A DNA stretch of 39,198 bases, from the NCBI GenBank assembly GCA_040182905.1, contig JARQWU010000069.1:1-39198 (forward strand), in the 5' to 3' direction. Of the stretch, positions 19,019 through 34,000 are shown piece after piece; the stretch's first letter is position 1, and the number at the start of each line of letters is the position of its first letter. A program made the position numbers and the translations under genes. The notes beneath the pieces are model-generated. The model ran no database searches. It had not been told where the DNA came from and worked only from the letters and a program-made list of their open reading frames with translations. This DNA comes from Barthelona sp. PAP020. Lineage: Eukaryota.

Positions 19019-22000
19019 TTAAGAATTTGTGACATCAGCCAATAAAATAGTATTTAAATAACCTGAATTCATTGACATATCATCAAATTCATATCCAAAA
19101 ATATAATATATTTGGTCTCTATTTCTAATAGCATCAGAATACATTCTAATTGGAAAACAATTGTCCTTAATAACCTTTAAAATAGTCTTGTGTATTGCAT
19201 ATCCATGTAGATTGTCAAAAATCAATGAATTACCTGTTTGATAATGAATAAAATATTTGGCATCAGACGAAACTCCCAAAGCAACACAATTGGTAAAGTT
19301 AAATAAACGCTCTACTTGATAGTTTGGGGTATTAATTTCATTTGTTTGATGAATTTTTGTTACTTCTAAGAAAAATTCAACACTTCTTTCTTCCATAAAA
19401 ACAACGGTAAAATCATCAATATTAGCACTATTGTATTGCTTGCTGAAATTAAACAAGGCAATATATATCGTCATTTCTCGTAAAGTAATGCAATTAAAAG
19501 GTAAATTCATTTCATTAAATTGCTTATGCATGGATGATACTTTCTTTTGCATGGATAAATCATTCAACCAATCAATACCACAACTGATTGTTTCCATCAA
19601 TTGAATTTGTGCTCTCGAAGACATATATTTTTCAATTGCTTTCCCACGCCCATTAGCTGGACTTGATAACCATTCAAGAGGTCTAAAAATTCGTAGCCAA
19701 CTAAAAGGAACACAACCAATCGAAAATAGATGTGTTAAAAAATAGAATGACAAAATAAATGGAGAATATGTGCCTTTGCTAACTTTATCTAACCTGTCTA
19801 ATTCAATAAAAGTCTTCTTTCTCAAAAATTCTTGAGTTTCTCCTTCTAAGCACAATAAAGCACTTGTAGCAGTAACATCATTGCATAATTCAACATTTTT
19901 ATGCAAAACGATAGGAATTTCGATTTCACTTTTAAAGTAGTTTGCAGATTTGGCCAATTGGGAGGAAGTGTTTGTTTGCAATGTTAATACATCAGTATAT
20001 TTGCATATACGCTTTAAATCATATAAGAATGTCGGTAAAAGGTCTGGACTTGCTTCACTCAACCCAAAACGATCTTGTATCACATCAATTAGTTTGTTTA
20101 ATGCCTTATCATTCTCAAAAAGGAAAGATCCAGTTCTACACATTTGTAGTTCAGTACATGGGACTGGTAATCCATCTTCCACATCCAAAAATGTTTTACG
20201 ATGCAAATTAAAAAATTCTGAAATAATATTTCCAATTACTTGCTCAAAAACAGATGGTGAACAATAATGTAAATAACATTTGCTCACAATTGATTTGACA
20301 ATATAGTTGATAGGAGTATTATGTTCATTTGCTTCCACTAATCGATGTACAGCATGAGAAAATTGTCCCATTGAAGGTATTCTTATTGATGAAACATTAG
20401 CTATTAACGTAATAACTGTATGCGACAACGCCATGGCCATAATTGTTTGAACAGGATATTCATGGTCAACAAGCGAAGAACTGAACATTAATGTTTGAAA
20501 GAATAAAGATTTTGTGGCCAAAGAAATTGCAAATGGCCAAGTTCTAAACGATAATTGAGTATTTGTATAATTGCTTGCAGATAATCTGCGAATAACTTCA
20601 GGAACGGAGAAGATATTATTGGAACTGCTCAATAGGAATATTCTTTGATAGGGTTGAGCTTGATGAGCAAGCTCCAATGCTGTTAAAGGCTCTAAATCTA
20701 CATTATACATGACAAAACATTCAGCATTGGTCATCTCTTGAATTTTATTTTTATTTTCTTTAGTAACAACTAAAGCCGTGTTGGGAACTTCATCTGCCAA
20801 TTGTTGCGGTAACACAACGACATGGGCAAGTTCATCTCGATCAATAGATGACAAAGTTGATGTTTCCCCTCGTAAACGGAAGTCAAACACTTGAGAAGTA
20901 ACTCGTAGAGTCAATGCTGGTTGCCTCAATACTTGTTCAATATATTTATTCAAAGCATATGGTGTACGGTCAGGTCTAACAACAGCTATAATCAATAAAA
21001 CTTCAAATAGATTGACATCCTCGAGATTCTCAAAAGGCAAAGGTGTTTCTTCTGGTGCTGAACAGCTCATCCAATCTTTAAACTCATCAGAATGGTTTTG
21101 TAACATGATGTGAAACTGTTCGACAGTATTTGGAGAAATGCTTTCCAAAAGATCATCCAACTCATAATCAGATTGCCCGGATCTACCTAACAAACCCAGT
21201 AATCTACCATCAATAAATCTCGCTTCAACAGCCATGAACAAAGCAATGATCAATCTGTGATGTTGATCAGGTAACTTTGATAGAACGCTTTCGAAGATGC
21301 GATTTGTCAACATAGCAAAACTATCGGGGATTTTGCAATTATCCTCACTAAAACAATGAAGATTGTACCAACTTTGTTGATCTGCAGTATTCAAATGCTT
21401 CCACATATGCATAGTTTTATGAACTAAATATCTTGTATTGACATTACATGACCATAAACCAGATTGATTTGCATAATTGTGAAAGGCAATTGCAATGGAA
21501 CTGTTCAGTTGAGCTGGTAAACAGAAGACTTGAGCCATAATTTTTTTCAAAGCAATGACAATCGATTCAAGTATTTCAAGCATAGACACTAAAATATTTT
21601 GTTTTCGATGAACAGGCTCTAATCTCTTCAATATGTTCATGTCAAAGATGGTTTGCGCTTCAGTTGGTAATTTACTCACCAAACGAACAATGTCTTTGTT
21701 ATGATCTGTGAGTTGCTTTTTAACGAAGAGATACAATTCAAAAATGTTGACAACAGTATCGCCCAATTTGGGATTGATTCTTGATAACATCAAGAGACAT
21801 TGTAAATCTTGGAGTTCAGAACTACTAATTGAAAGGTTAACCCAAGGGCTTCTTCTGTAAAACAGTAGATTCCTATAGGGCATCATGAAAGGGGTTTCCA
21901 CATAGCATAAGAAAATTTTTGCTTTTGGATGAAATTGAATCACCTTCCCATCAATAGTCAAAGTATCCTTACCCACTTGGAAAGTTTTTACCACGTCATA

Positions 22001-25000
22001 AAGGATATCGGGCATACCCAATACATAAGACAAATCAGGAATACACAAAACACCACCATCTTTTAATACAGCTAAAAGCTTTTCATGAAACTTGCTATCA
22101 CCAATGGAAGTTGTTTTGGCACCACTATGCAATATGCCTAATAATTGATCAATCAGACCAAAAGGATCATGAACAAACACAATTGACTCACTGGATAATG
22201 GTAACCATAAAATATTGGATACAGTTTCTGTTGCAATACAAAAAGGTGCGAAATTAGGTGTTTGGAACACTTTTCCTTCTAATAGTCTCAAATCTTCGCC
22301 CAAAGAATTAATTAAGAATGATAAATCATTATTGTGGCCTTTATTTGAAGCTTCACTTTCAAGAGCCATTCCATCGTCAAAAAAGGGATCATATAAATCA
22401 TCATCATGTGAAGGTAACTCAACGTTATTGAATTCATCTTGACTTTTATCAAAATCATAAGTGATGACATCGTCTGAATAATCATTGTGTTCATCACCGT
22501 TAAAATTATCGATTTGATTCTGATTTTCTGTTTCATTATGAGTTTGATTTTCTGTTTCATTACCAATGATCTGACCTTCCATGTTACCCACTGAAATATC
22601 TTTTTTTAATTCAAAAGGAATATTCAAGGTACTCACTAAATCATTGATAAAAACTGTTTCTTTTGGTACGATGAATTCCTTCATGACACATTTATCCCAA
22701 AATTGATTGTATTCTAACATGAATGACATGGCTAAAGCACAAACTTCATCCAAATCTAGGGCTAATTTTAAGGGTAATAAGTTTCTTTCACCTAAATCAG
22801 TTAAAATAGTTTGTAGTAATATTCTTCTAAATTTATCTTCAAATTGAATCAATATGCATGCAAATGAAGCAGAAATTGCAGAAATCGCAAGAGGTATCGA
22901 AGAATAATCATTCCGTTTGGGAACAAAATTAAAAATCTTATTAAATTCTCTCCCATCTTCAGCAAAATAATTCCCTTCAAAATTAGGAGTGGCAAAACCA
23001 CTTTGTATAGCCTTTAATCTGAATTGAGATTCATGATTTCCATGTTGTAAATTATTTGGTCCAAGATTTTGTGTAGAATTATTTGGTTGTTCTTTCATAT
23101 CATTAATTTGTTCGTACCAACCAACAGAATAATTTCTTGTCCAAGTATTTATAGACTCCAAAATATTTGCTAATTCAGTATTCTCTTTAATAATATCTTG
23201 TTGAGTTGTTGTATTACGACTGAATTCAACAACATCTTGAGTTAATTTTTTTGTCTTTTTAATGGAGTCTTTTAAAGCTCTTTCTGTATCCAACAACCTA
23301 GAATGAACCAAATCAAATAACATTTGCTTTTCTTGTAATTTATTTTGGATCTGACATACAGGATTCTTTGTTTTATTCAAATCAACCAATAATTTGATCA
23401 TTTTTATCAATTTCTGAACAAAACCATTTGAATGAGTGATTAGCGCATCAAAATCATTTAAAACAACAGTTGTACAACGTAATAAAAAAGTTTCTTCAAA
23501 ATCATGAGACAAGATTTCGTTCATCAAACTTTGAAATAGACTATAGTTTGTTAAACAAGTCTTAAAATTTAACAATAACGAAAATATGTTGATATTTTCA
23601 TTGAAATGATTTGTTTTAAGGTTATGAATCGTAATGATTAAATTGGATAAAGGTGGTTGTAACCTAGCTAATTTCTTCAATTCTTCAATTCCTTCCACTA
23701 AGTTAGTATTATTGAATGGATTCATTAATTCATTGTTAACCATCTTAAATTGTTCTTCTAAAGGTTTAATTGTGTTTTCTAATATACTCAATTCATTAAT
23801 AACTTCATCAAGATCTTTTTTAACAATTTTCACTTCTTCTTCAATTTCCTCATAATTAACAGTCAATTCTCGTTCACGGATTTGACTAAAGCCTAATTGT
23901 TGAATACATTCAGTTAAATTCAGCTCCATATTCTTGAATTCTCCCAATACTTTTGTCACTTCATTACGTCTTTGCAATTCCTCAGATCCAATCCATTCAA
24001 CAAACTTGATGGCATTAGATAATTGATTGTATTTAATCTCTTGTTTAGTACAAGCAAATATGAGCATACTAAAGAAAAAACGAACATAATTTTTCAATAG
24101 TTGTTCATTCACAATTATCCAATTAACATGATCTTGAGTTTCTGATAAAATGGAAGTTTCAAATGAATTTAATTCCCTTATATCTTTGCATAAACTTTGT
24201 TTTTCGGCATTTATTGATGTTTGAAATACAATAGCCAGATGATAACACACATTATCACGATCTAATGGAGTCATCAATGAATTAAATTGAGATAATGTTA
24301 TATTGTGCAAAGGAATTGAACATTTGTCTGGTTGCTTAGTCCTTAAACATTTAACCACTTCTGCTTCGAATCTTAATAAAGTATCTGACACGGCAAACAC
24401 TGTATTTTCTAAAGTATTTGGCGGTAAATCAAAAGGATGACAGTAATTAAATGATTCAGAAATACAAGTATAAAATATTGGATTGCTGATATATTCTGGT
24501 GCAACGCTAATACAAAATTGCAAATTCTTTTTGATTCTGACAAATATCAAATACCATAAAGGGTCAATATCAATGAAGTCAGCATCATCATCATCCATAT
24601 TATGATCAATACCATCTAACAATTGTTGATTCCTAAAATTAATGACTTCTTGTACAAGATTTTGATATCTATGATTTGATTTGTTAATGTTTTGAGAATT
24701 TCGTTCAGAATTTACAGCACTATTGTCGAATTTACTGAAAGCCCTTGTGGAGGATTGAGAAGCATAATTTTTTTGTTTCATCAACTTTTCAACCCGGCTA
24801 TATTTCTTCTTTTGCTTTATCAATAAACTCATTTGTAATTTATCTGCTTCTTCTCTTAAAATCTTCAAAGCTTCATCTAATAACTCAGGATTACTGTCAA
24901 TGATTTTCATTAAATATGGTTTTAACAATAAATGTTGGGAATTAGAAAAAGGTTCAATAGAATCCACATCAGAAGCAATTAAATGAATCAATTCATTGAC

Positions 25001-28000
25001 AAATGGTATAAATGTTAACGTTTTATCCAAAGAACATTGTTGTAAATGTCTTGCTTTTACATGTAATAGAATCTTTGTATTCTTAACAATGACGTTGGTA
25101 AAAATGTTATCAGCCAACTTTGAAAAATCATGAGAATCACGATCTCTTGTGTGAATAATGGTTCGATCAAAAGCCTTCGATTTTTTTAATAAAATATTGG
25201 CAGTTTCAACCCAAGGAAATATTGCATCTTGTACAGGACACATCAATATCATGTGATTGTTCGGTAAACTTAGCAAAAACATAAAATACGCAATAAATGT
25301 GATGCATTCAGGTGAAGCATATTGTAATCCACTGATATTAACAAAATGTCTAAATAATCTTCTTCTGAAAGAATTAAAATCAGTAATTAAAACAAAATTT
25401 CCGATAGATATTGTTGAATCATGAATAGGTTTCTTAAATCTTCCTTCTTTTTGTAACATTTCAACAACTTCAATTGGAATAAGTAAAACATCTCTTGGTT
25501 CAACAGGTAAACTTTCTCTAGCACTTGGAGGGAAACTTGCAATGACTTTATTCAAAGCATCATTGAATACTCTAGTTGAAGAACTCAATCTTGATCTAGG
25601 TTCAGATAAAAATCTAGCAATAAATAAAGCTAATGCTAAACCGGAAACAACAGGATTACCAGGATTCAAATCTAAAGTCCCAATTCCTTCCAAAATAGGT
25701 TTTAAAATATTGTCTGTAAAGAATAAGAAAGGTGTATGAGATGTTTGAGCAAAAGATAATTCTAAAGCATCAACAAAAAATATTAAAGCATTAATAATTA
25801 GACTACTGATATCTTCTGTATGTAAATCAAACCAACGATATAAATAAATAGGAGAAATTGTTTTGGCAGAATTGGCGAAACTACTGTAAATAAAACTGAA
25901 CTCAATAGGTGATACTGTCAAAGTAGTGAAGGTAGAAGACCAAGGATGTGATGGAGAAGCATCCAAATGTCCCATAAAAATGATATGTAACTTAGGAAAA
26001 ACAAATTCATTCATATGACTATCAAAAACACGACCATGTCTTACTATTCGACAAAATAAGGTTAGAATATCATCCGTGATAAATTGATAATTTCTCACAA
26101 CTAAAATATTAACTATCTTTCTGCTTTCAAAACCATATTGTCCTTTAAATGTGCTGGGATAAGCATAACATAGTTGTTTAATGATTTCATCATGAGTTAT
26201 CAATTGATGAAGGGTCAATGAATCAACTGATAATTTTTTGCCTAATTTTTTCAACAACTGACTGTATTCATAAAATCTTATTTCATGAGTGAACCCAAAC
26301 AATAAAGGTTCAGGATTTTCTAATTTAGCCGATAAAATGTCAAGATAAGCTGAAGGAATATTTTCTCCAATCACATCAAAAAAACTATCATGATAAGATT
26401 TTGGAACTACATTGATCAATTGTATCAAATTACCATTAAAACAACCTCTAAAGACAGGATAATTTTCAAACAGATAAGTGTCTAGCATTTGAACGTTTGT
26501 TACTAAAGAATGGTTTGTAACCGTTACCGACAATTGAATAATGTGTAAAAATATCCATAATAATAACAAATTCCGGTCATAAAAAACAAATCGATTCTGT
26601 TCATCAATAATCATGGTTTTTAGCATGTTTCCGATTGTATTTAAAGTGCAAGTATACAATTGAGACAAACTAAACCCAGGCAATTCATATTGTTCTGATA
26701 TAGTTTCCTGAATATTCATACATTTGATAAAAATGTTTATGAAGCCATTTCTATCAATTAAAAGATTATCATAATTGATTTTCTTGATAGCTTCAATAAA
26801 AGACCAAGAAGTAGAATATTTCAAAGGTAATTTCTCAATTCTAGTCAAAGAACTCCAATCTAATACACCAGAACCAGCTAATAATGATTGTACATCAAAA
26901 TCATTTCTAACACTACATACATCGTCTACTTGAATTTCTAATCTTTCACTATTATTTGGTCTAATGTATACATCGGCTAAAATATCATCTCCAATTTGAT
27001 CTTTATCCAGTAAATAAAAAACTAAGGGTCTAACAGTAACTTTAACACTCATACTACTGATTTGATCACATACAGATCTACATATTGAATCCTTAAATCT
27101 AGTGATGAAATTATCTTGAAAAATAATGCTAAAACTGGTGATTCTTCTGCAAAAAAACACACTAATAATAACATTAATATCTTGTTTACTGTTTTCACTC
27201 ACAGTAGAAGCAATTTTCTTGCTAACTCGAGTACTAAATTGATTCACCAACTTATCAATAATTCTTTGAGCATTCAAGCTTAAGCTCAAATCAGCTACAA
27301 ACAAAAAGAATAAACATTTCGATCCAGTTCTTTTTGATAATCTGTTAAAATAAGGTGGTAATATTTGTCTTAAATCCCAAGCTAAATCAGCTACAACTAA
27401 ACTTCTACCAATGAATACAATTTGATCATAGGTGTTCAAATTTGAGTATAAGCTAGTAATTTGCTTAATAGAATCTTCATCATTACTATATAAATCAGCC
27501 ATTTCTTTATTTATAATATACTTCATTTCAATCATATCTACACCATTAGGAATCTTGTATCCAAGGATTGAACGCACATCATTGCATATTGAAAATAGAA
27601 TTGTACTCACCAATAGATTTGAATTGACCATTGAATTTAAACCACTGAAATAATCAAGTTTGAAAGCACATTCATTCTTAATAAATTGATACAATACTAT
27701 TCCGATAGCTATTGTTGAATTTTCATCAGTCAATTTCTTGGTAAACCCATCGGTTATCTTTTCCATCACATAATAAACACTTTTACAATATCTTTCAATA
27801 AAAAAATGGTCTATAACTTTAATGATCCCAATTGTTTGAGCATTTGATATTGTGCTCAATAAAGTTTCTTCCAATTGTATAATTGCATCTCCAATACGAG
27901 GATAATGGCACAATAATGTGTTGGTAACAATGCTACTACTGATGCTATTTAAACTATTAGCTCTAAATACATCAATGCTGATTGGTTGACAAATTCCAGA

Positions 28001-31000
28001 AATTGCAGGATGAACTTCTTTGGAAACAAAAAGACATTTAGGCTTAAAACTACGAATTGTTTCCCTTAAAATAACCAAACTCCATTGTGGTAAGCTATCA
28101 ATATCCATAAAAATCAAAAAAATTTGATTGAGGGTACAAAATTTGATAAATCTTTCACAAGCAATTTTAAAGAATTCTTCATCATGTATTCCACCATTAT
28201 GACGTATCATACGATTTTCAATTTCCAACACATTTACAAACATATGTTCTAACATAAAAACTTGAGTAAAAACACGTGATAATTCTAATTTTTCATTATA
28301 ATTATCTCCAACAAACAGTGGATATAATGCTGGTTGTTTATAAATAGACATACACATCATAAATATCTCATGTTGTATTGGACTTAAAGGTGGCAATTCA
28401 TAAGCACTGAAACTGGTACCAAGATCAAAAGGCAAAGGACTTCTCCCATGATTGGGTTTCATTAAGCTAAGACAACTATTTTTGCTAAAAACTGGATAAG
28501 CTGTTCCACTCGATAAAAAATAATATGCTGGCCAATAAGGAATTTTTCTTTTGAAGATTTGAGAATATTTAGATGCATCTTTATCATTTAAAGTTTCTTC
28601 AAACCAAGTTAAGAAAGGATGAACTTCAATTTCATCATCATCATATTCTTCTTCCACTTCTGCAATGCCAATTTCATCAATTAAATTATCTTGTAACATA
28701 CTAATATTTTGTTCTAAAAAATCCTGATTGTTAGCATTTTCATCAATAACAACTTGAGTAAATGCACAATTGAAATAATCAAAAATTCGGTGTTCAACTA
28801 AAAAGGGTACACAAATATAAGCTAATTGTTTCAACCTTTTAACACTTTGTTCACTACCTACCAATTTGATTCTTTTTGAAATGTCAACAAAAGTATCATA
28901 TGCAAACATAGCTGCTTGTTCTGAAGTAAATTGACTTAAAGTTCTTTGTAAGACGTGTGCAAAAGTGACTCTTCCTAAAGACATTGATTGATTTAAACAA
29001 TAATCAACAAAATCTGTAGGTATAGGATTTTCTAACAAGGCGTCCAAATACGTTTGGGTATTGGAGATCATCAAATGAACTGTCTCTTGAATAATTTTCA
29101 ACAAATTAGATACCAAATCAAAAGCGGTAATTGAACCATAAATACGAATTCCTGTAGATAACACAGTGTGCTCATATGATAAAGCACGCAGATTTTTACT
29201 GGAAGCAGAAGTGTTTGACGTAACTATTGAAGATAATGTGTTTGTTGATTGATTTAAAAAGGGATTGTTTGAATTTGTAAGTTGATTGAAGGAAGAAATA
29301 GAAGAAGAAACTTTTGAAAGAGTTTCATCATAAGAATAAAAATTTGCATAAACTAAATGGGTTATAGCTCCTTGATGAAAGATAAACGCAGAAATATCTG
29401 GATAACAAACAATCAAACAAGAATGTATCGTTTGTACGATGGGTATATAGGATTTTAAAACAAAATTGTTTTCCATCAAAGTTGTAGCTCTTAAAATACA
29501 ATATTCAAAGGTAACATATTGAGTTAATGATAACATCAACAATCTGCTACATTCTTCACAAGCATGGTCAAACATTTTGATGAAAATTGGTTTTACTGCC
29601 TTTGCTGTTTGAACAAATAAAATATTACAATCTTGAATTAGATGTAAATGGGCATCAACATCCAATAAACATTTCAAAGAGGAAAAAAAGTTCATAATTT
29701 TTGTATATTTTAAATAACACTCGTAATACAGGTCAATATTTTTCAAAAATTCCTCATCATCATATCTTTCAAATTTTTCAGAAGAAAATATGCTGAAACT
29801 GATTTCAATCAAAAAAGCCAATCTGCCTAAAACTTCACAAAAATTGCGAATATCAATGAATTGTCTTTGTAATTTGATTACATCATCTTCTACAACGTGT
29901 AATGTTCTTAATTGAGTTAAAATTTTACAAGATTCATCAATACTCTTAATTACAGGTGCACTAATCCTCCAATCACCTATATTTTCAAACAAATCAAATT
30001 CCATTGTCACATCATGAACACTTGAATCATTAACCTCCAATTCTAACAACGAAAATCCTTCAATAAACGGCAATTCAAAATCAGGTGAAAAATCATTTTT
30101 GCCAACTTTATTTCCAGTTTCAATTTCTGTCAAAGTTTCATCATTCCCATTGTTATTCTTTAAACTCTCATTTAAAATCATATTTCTACATAAATAACCT
30201 TTACAATATCGTTGAATAGTTATATAATATTCTTCTTCTCTGATTACTTTTTGAACATATTTTCTTCTTTCCAAGATTTCTTCATCATTCTCATAAGCCT
30301 TCATACATACCCATTTTCTGAATTGTCTTTGTACTAATAATGGATAATGTAAATGATTTTTAGAATCTTGATTTAATTTTCGAATTTTTCTGAACATTTT
30401 ATTCAAATTTTCTTCTTTATCATCAACTTTACGTTTTTGTATGTTCCTTATTTTACTTTCAGCTAAAATGGCTTCCATTTTCCACTTAATTAATTTTCTT
30501 TGTTGATCTAATAATCTACGTTTTTTGGTTTGTTCCATTAAAATCCTCTTTTCTTCTTTGGCTTTGGCTTGAGCTGCATCATATTTTCGTTTTAAAGGAT
30601 AGTATAACCAAGTTGATGAATTTAGAAGAATCTTATGTGAATTAAAGTCCAAATGTTTCAATAACCAATGATCATTCATTGCTTTTAAAGTTTCTTTAGC
30701 TTTCATTTCTTCTTTAATTAATTGAATCAATTTGTTAATATCTCTCAAATTATTTTCAACGTTTTCAAAATCTTCCGTAATTTTTGTTATAAAATAACGA
30801 ATTTTAAAATTTTTTATATTCAAAAACTCACGAACACGTTCTAAATCATTTTCGCACAAATTCAACTCGATCAATTCAAGGATGATTTTCTTTACATCCT
30901 TAACATGTATTAAAGGAAAGAAAAATTTTGGAAATAAGCCATAAAAATATTCAAAGTTTTCCAAAGTTTGAATTTTTTCACTAATAATTAAAATATCATC

Positions 31001-34000
31001 AATTCCATCTTGTCCTGACTTATCAAATATAGTGTGATAATGTGTGGTCTTAAAAACTTCACAATAATGCAACCAACTATCAAATACATACCAAAAATTC
31101 TGTAATTTTTTTAAAATTTCTTTCAATTGCTTATTCTTCAGAATATTTTGATTCAAAATTGAACTCATTGCATTTAAACGTGTTTCTTGATTTTGCAATT
31201 CTTTTAATTTGTCAATATAGTCTTCAATCAGTAATTTAGCATTGTTAATTTTTAAATATCCATTTTTGCTAAACACAGAAGTGTTTTTTTCAACAAAAGG
31301 AAATATATTTTGAATTTTTGCTGAAAAAACTTCAATATCACCAATTAATTTTTTTTGTCTCTTTTTCAATTCATTTGTAGCAGGTAATATCAATTCACCA
31401 TGATCTTCCATAAATTTAGTTGTTAACTTACGATTTAAAATAAAATCTTTTTGAAAGATGTTCAACAGTTCAATAAAAAAATTCAATAATCCAATATTTG
31501 AATTCTCGTTGCAATTGAATGAATAATTAGAATTTGCACAACTTAATGCCGTTCTGTCTGTAGTCAAAGATTGTAAATCCTCTTTAGATGTGGTATTATA
31601 ATTGATTGAATTTGCTTGACTATTTGTTACAGTTATCAATTCAATTACACTTTCTAAAAAATTTTGAACGGCTAAAATACCAGGAACACTATCATTGAAT
31701 TGATAAACATGAAGAATAGATTCACATACACTATCAAAATGTTGTTCTAGATGTGATGACATATAAACAACAGGGTTATTTAATACATTTAAATGAGGAC
31801 GACTATCAACAATAATATTTTTAGCAATGACAACTAAATTCTTGAAATAGTTAGTAGAAGTATCGTTAAATGCTTGAATCAACTTATAAAACAGATCTTT
31901 CAAAGAAAAAATACATGATTCAGATAAAACATGTAAACAATTGATGCGTTTTCTTGTTTTATATAAAATTAACAATTTTTCAATGTTTAAAACTTTTGTA
32001 AATATTTGAATATACTTTTTATGAATCGTTTTGATAGAATTCTTTTTTAAAGTAGTATCAACTTTTTCAGTACGTACATCTTTAATCAAAGCATCTAATA
32101 ATTTCGTTTCTGAAGGAATTAATAATAATGAAAAATCTGAAGCAATTTTCTTCAAATATACTTGTAATGATGAATTTATTTGTTGCAAAACAAATAGAAA
32201 CTTTTGCAACTCATCAATTACTGATGGTTGAGAAAATAATTTTGCAAATAAGTCCAATTTTACATCAGCATCAGCATGTAATTTTGTTTTTTGTTTTTCT
32301 TTTGACTCTTCATATTTGGACGCAAGTTGAACAATTCTGGATTCTTGTCCTCTAGGAGTAGCTAAGACCTGATGAGAAATCTTCTGTTTTGATAAAGCTA
32401 AAGGAGATGGCAAAACAATACTTTGTAAAATTATTTGCAACATTTGAACAAAAGAATATGCTACATCCAAAAGCGTCATCCGGTTATCATTTTTTATATA
32501 TTCTTTTATCACAGGAATACCTTTAGGACTTATAAAAACTCTAGGTATTATTTGTCGACTGAAAATATTCTTCAATGCCATGGCTTTTTCTGTTTTTTGT
32601 TGTTCATTCATATTATCTTCCTCAGTATAACTACTTATCACACTCACTTCTTTCGTTACAAATGGACTATCAACAGAAGCGGTAACACTTTTATTATTCT
32701 TATTCATAGCACGTAATCTTCTTGATAAAAAATCACTCTTCATATTTCCAGAGCTCATTCCATCACCAATATTAATACCAATCACACCTTTTGAAATTGG
32801 AATTTGAGAAGGTTCAGGTACACAATAAATTCTGTTGTTTCGCAATTTAACATGGGTTATTAGACTAAAAGCTTCATCATCTTGTGAAAAATAACGACTA
32901 CTGGTTTTCAAAAAAGATATCAAACCATTTTTCATATGTTTAATGCAAGTATTTTGCACAAATTTCACAAATTTAACCCATTTAGGATCTCCTTGACTTA
33001 ATTCCAAACGATCAAAACTTTCGCTCAAATTTTTGAAAAGTTGAGTGGAATGCTTTTCCAATAAGAATATTTTTGTGAAAGATGATGAAAAAAGAGCATC
33101 TAATAAATCATCTCCTTCATAATAGCCTTCAAATATGTGTCCTTGCAAAATATCACCAAAATTTTCAGTACATTCTAAAATTCTTTTTAAATCCAAAGCT
33201 CTATCAACTGCATCTGTTAATGTACCGTTGGTCTTTGACATAAATTCATATATGTTGTCAGATACATATGTTAGATTCCCAACTGCCTTTAATAACTCTT
33301 GATTGACATTGAGAACATGTGAATTTATCAAACCAATAACGTCAATTGGATAATTAGTTATTAAGTTATTAAAACTATCAATCAATAGACTGACACGTAA
33401 AGCAATAAATGTAATACGCACAACTTGCATTGCCAATTCTTGAGCTTTAGCCAATTTTTCAGTGGCAAATATGGCTTTAAAAGATTCTTTATTTAAGTTA
33501 ACAAATCTGAAACATGTTTTAAGATCTCTACTCAATCTGAAAAACACATTAGGCAAATTGATCTCAAATAAGAACTTACTTTCAGCAATTTTAACATTTT
33601 TTCCTTTAACAATAGGATTTTGATGTGCTAAATTTGAAATAATCAATTCAGAAGTTAATATCATGTGAGTGATTTGAATAAAAAAATTTTGAACAGATGA
33701 TTTGATAAATAAACAACTTCTTTCAAAGTTTGTTGTTAATTCAGTGACGTTCTTTTGTAATAAATTGCATTTCTTCAACAATTCTTCAACATTTGCATTA
33801 ATTGAAGTATTATCAACATTATTTGCTTTTGATGGTGATGTTTCAATTTGTATGTTATCTCCTCCTTTATCTATAGTTTCTTGTGCAAATAATCTTAAAC
33901 GACGTAAATTAGCTAAAAAATTAATGTTCCATATTTGGTCATGTATATATACAATATAACGATACAAATTATCCCAACATACAAGTTTAGAACCAAAAAT

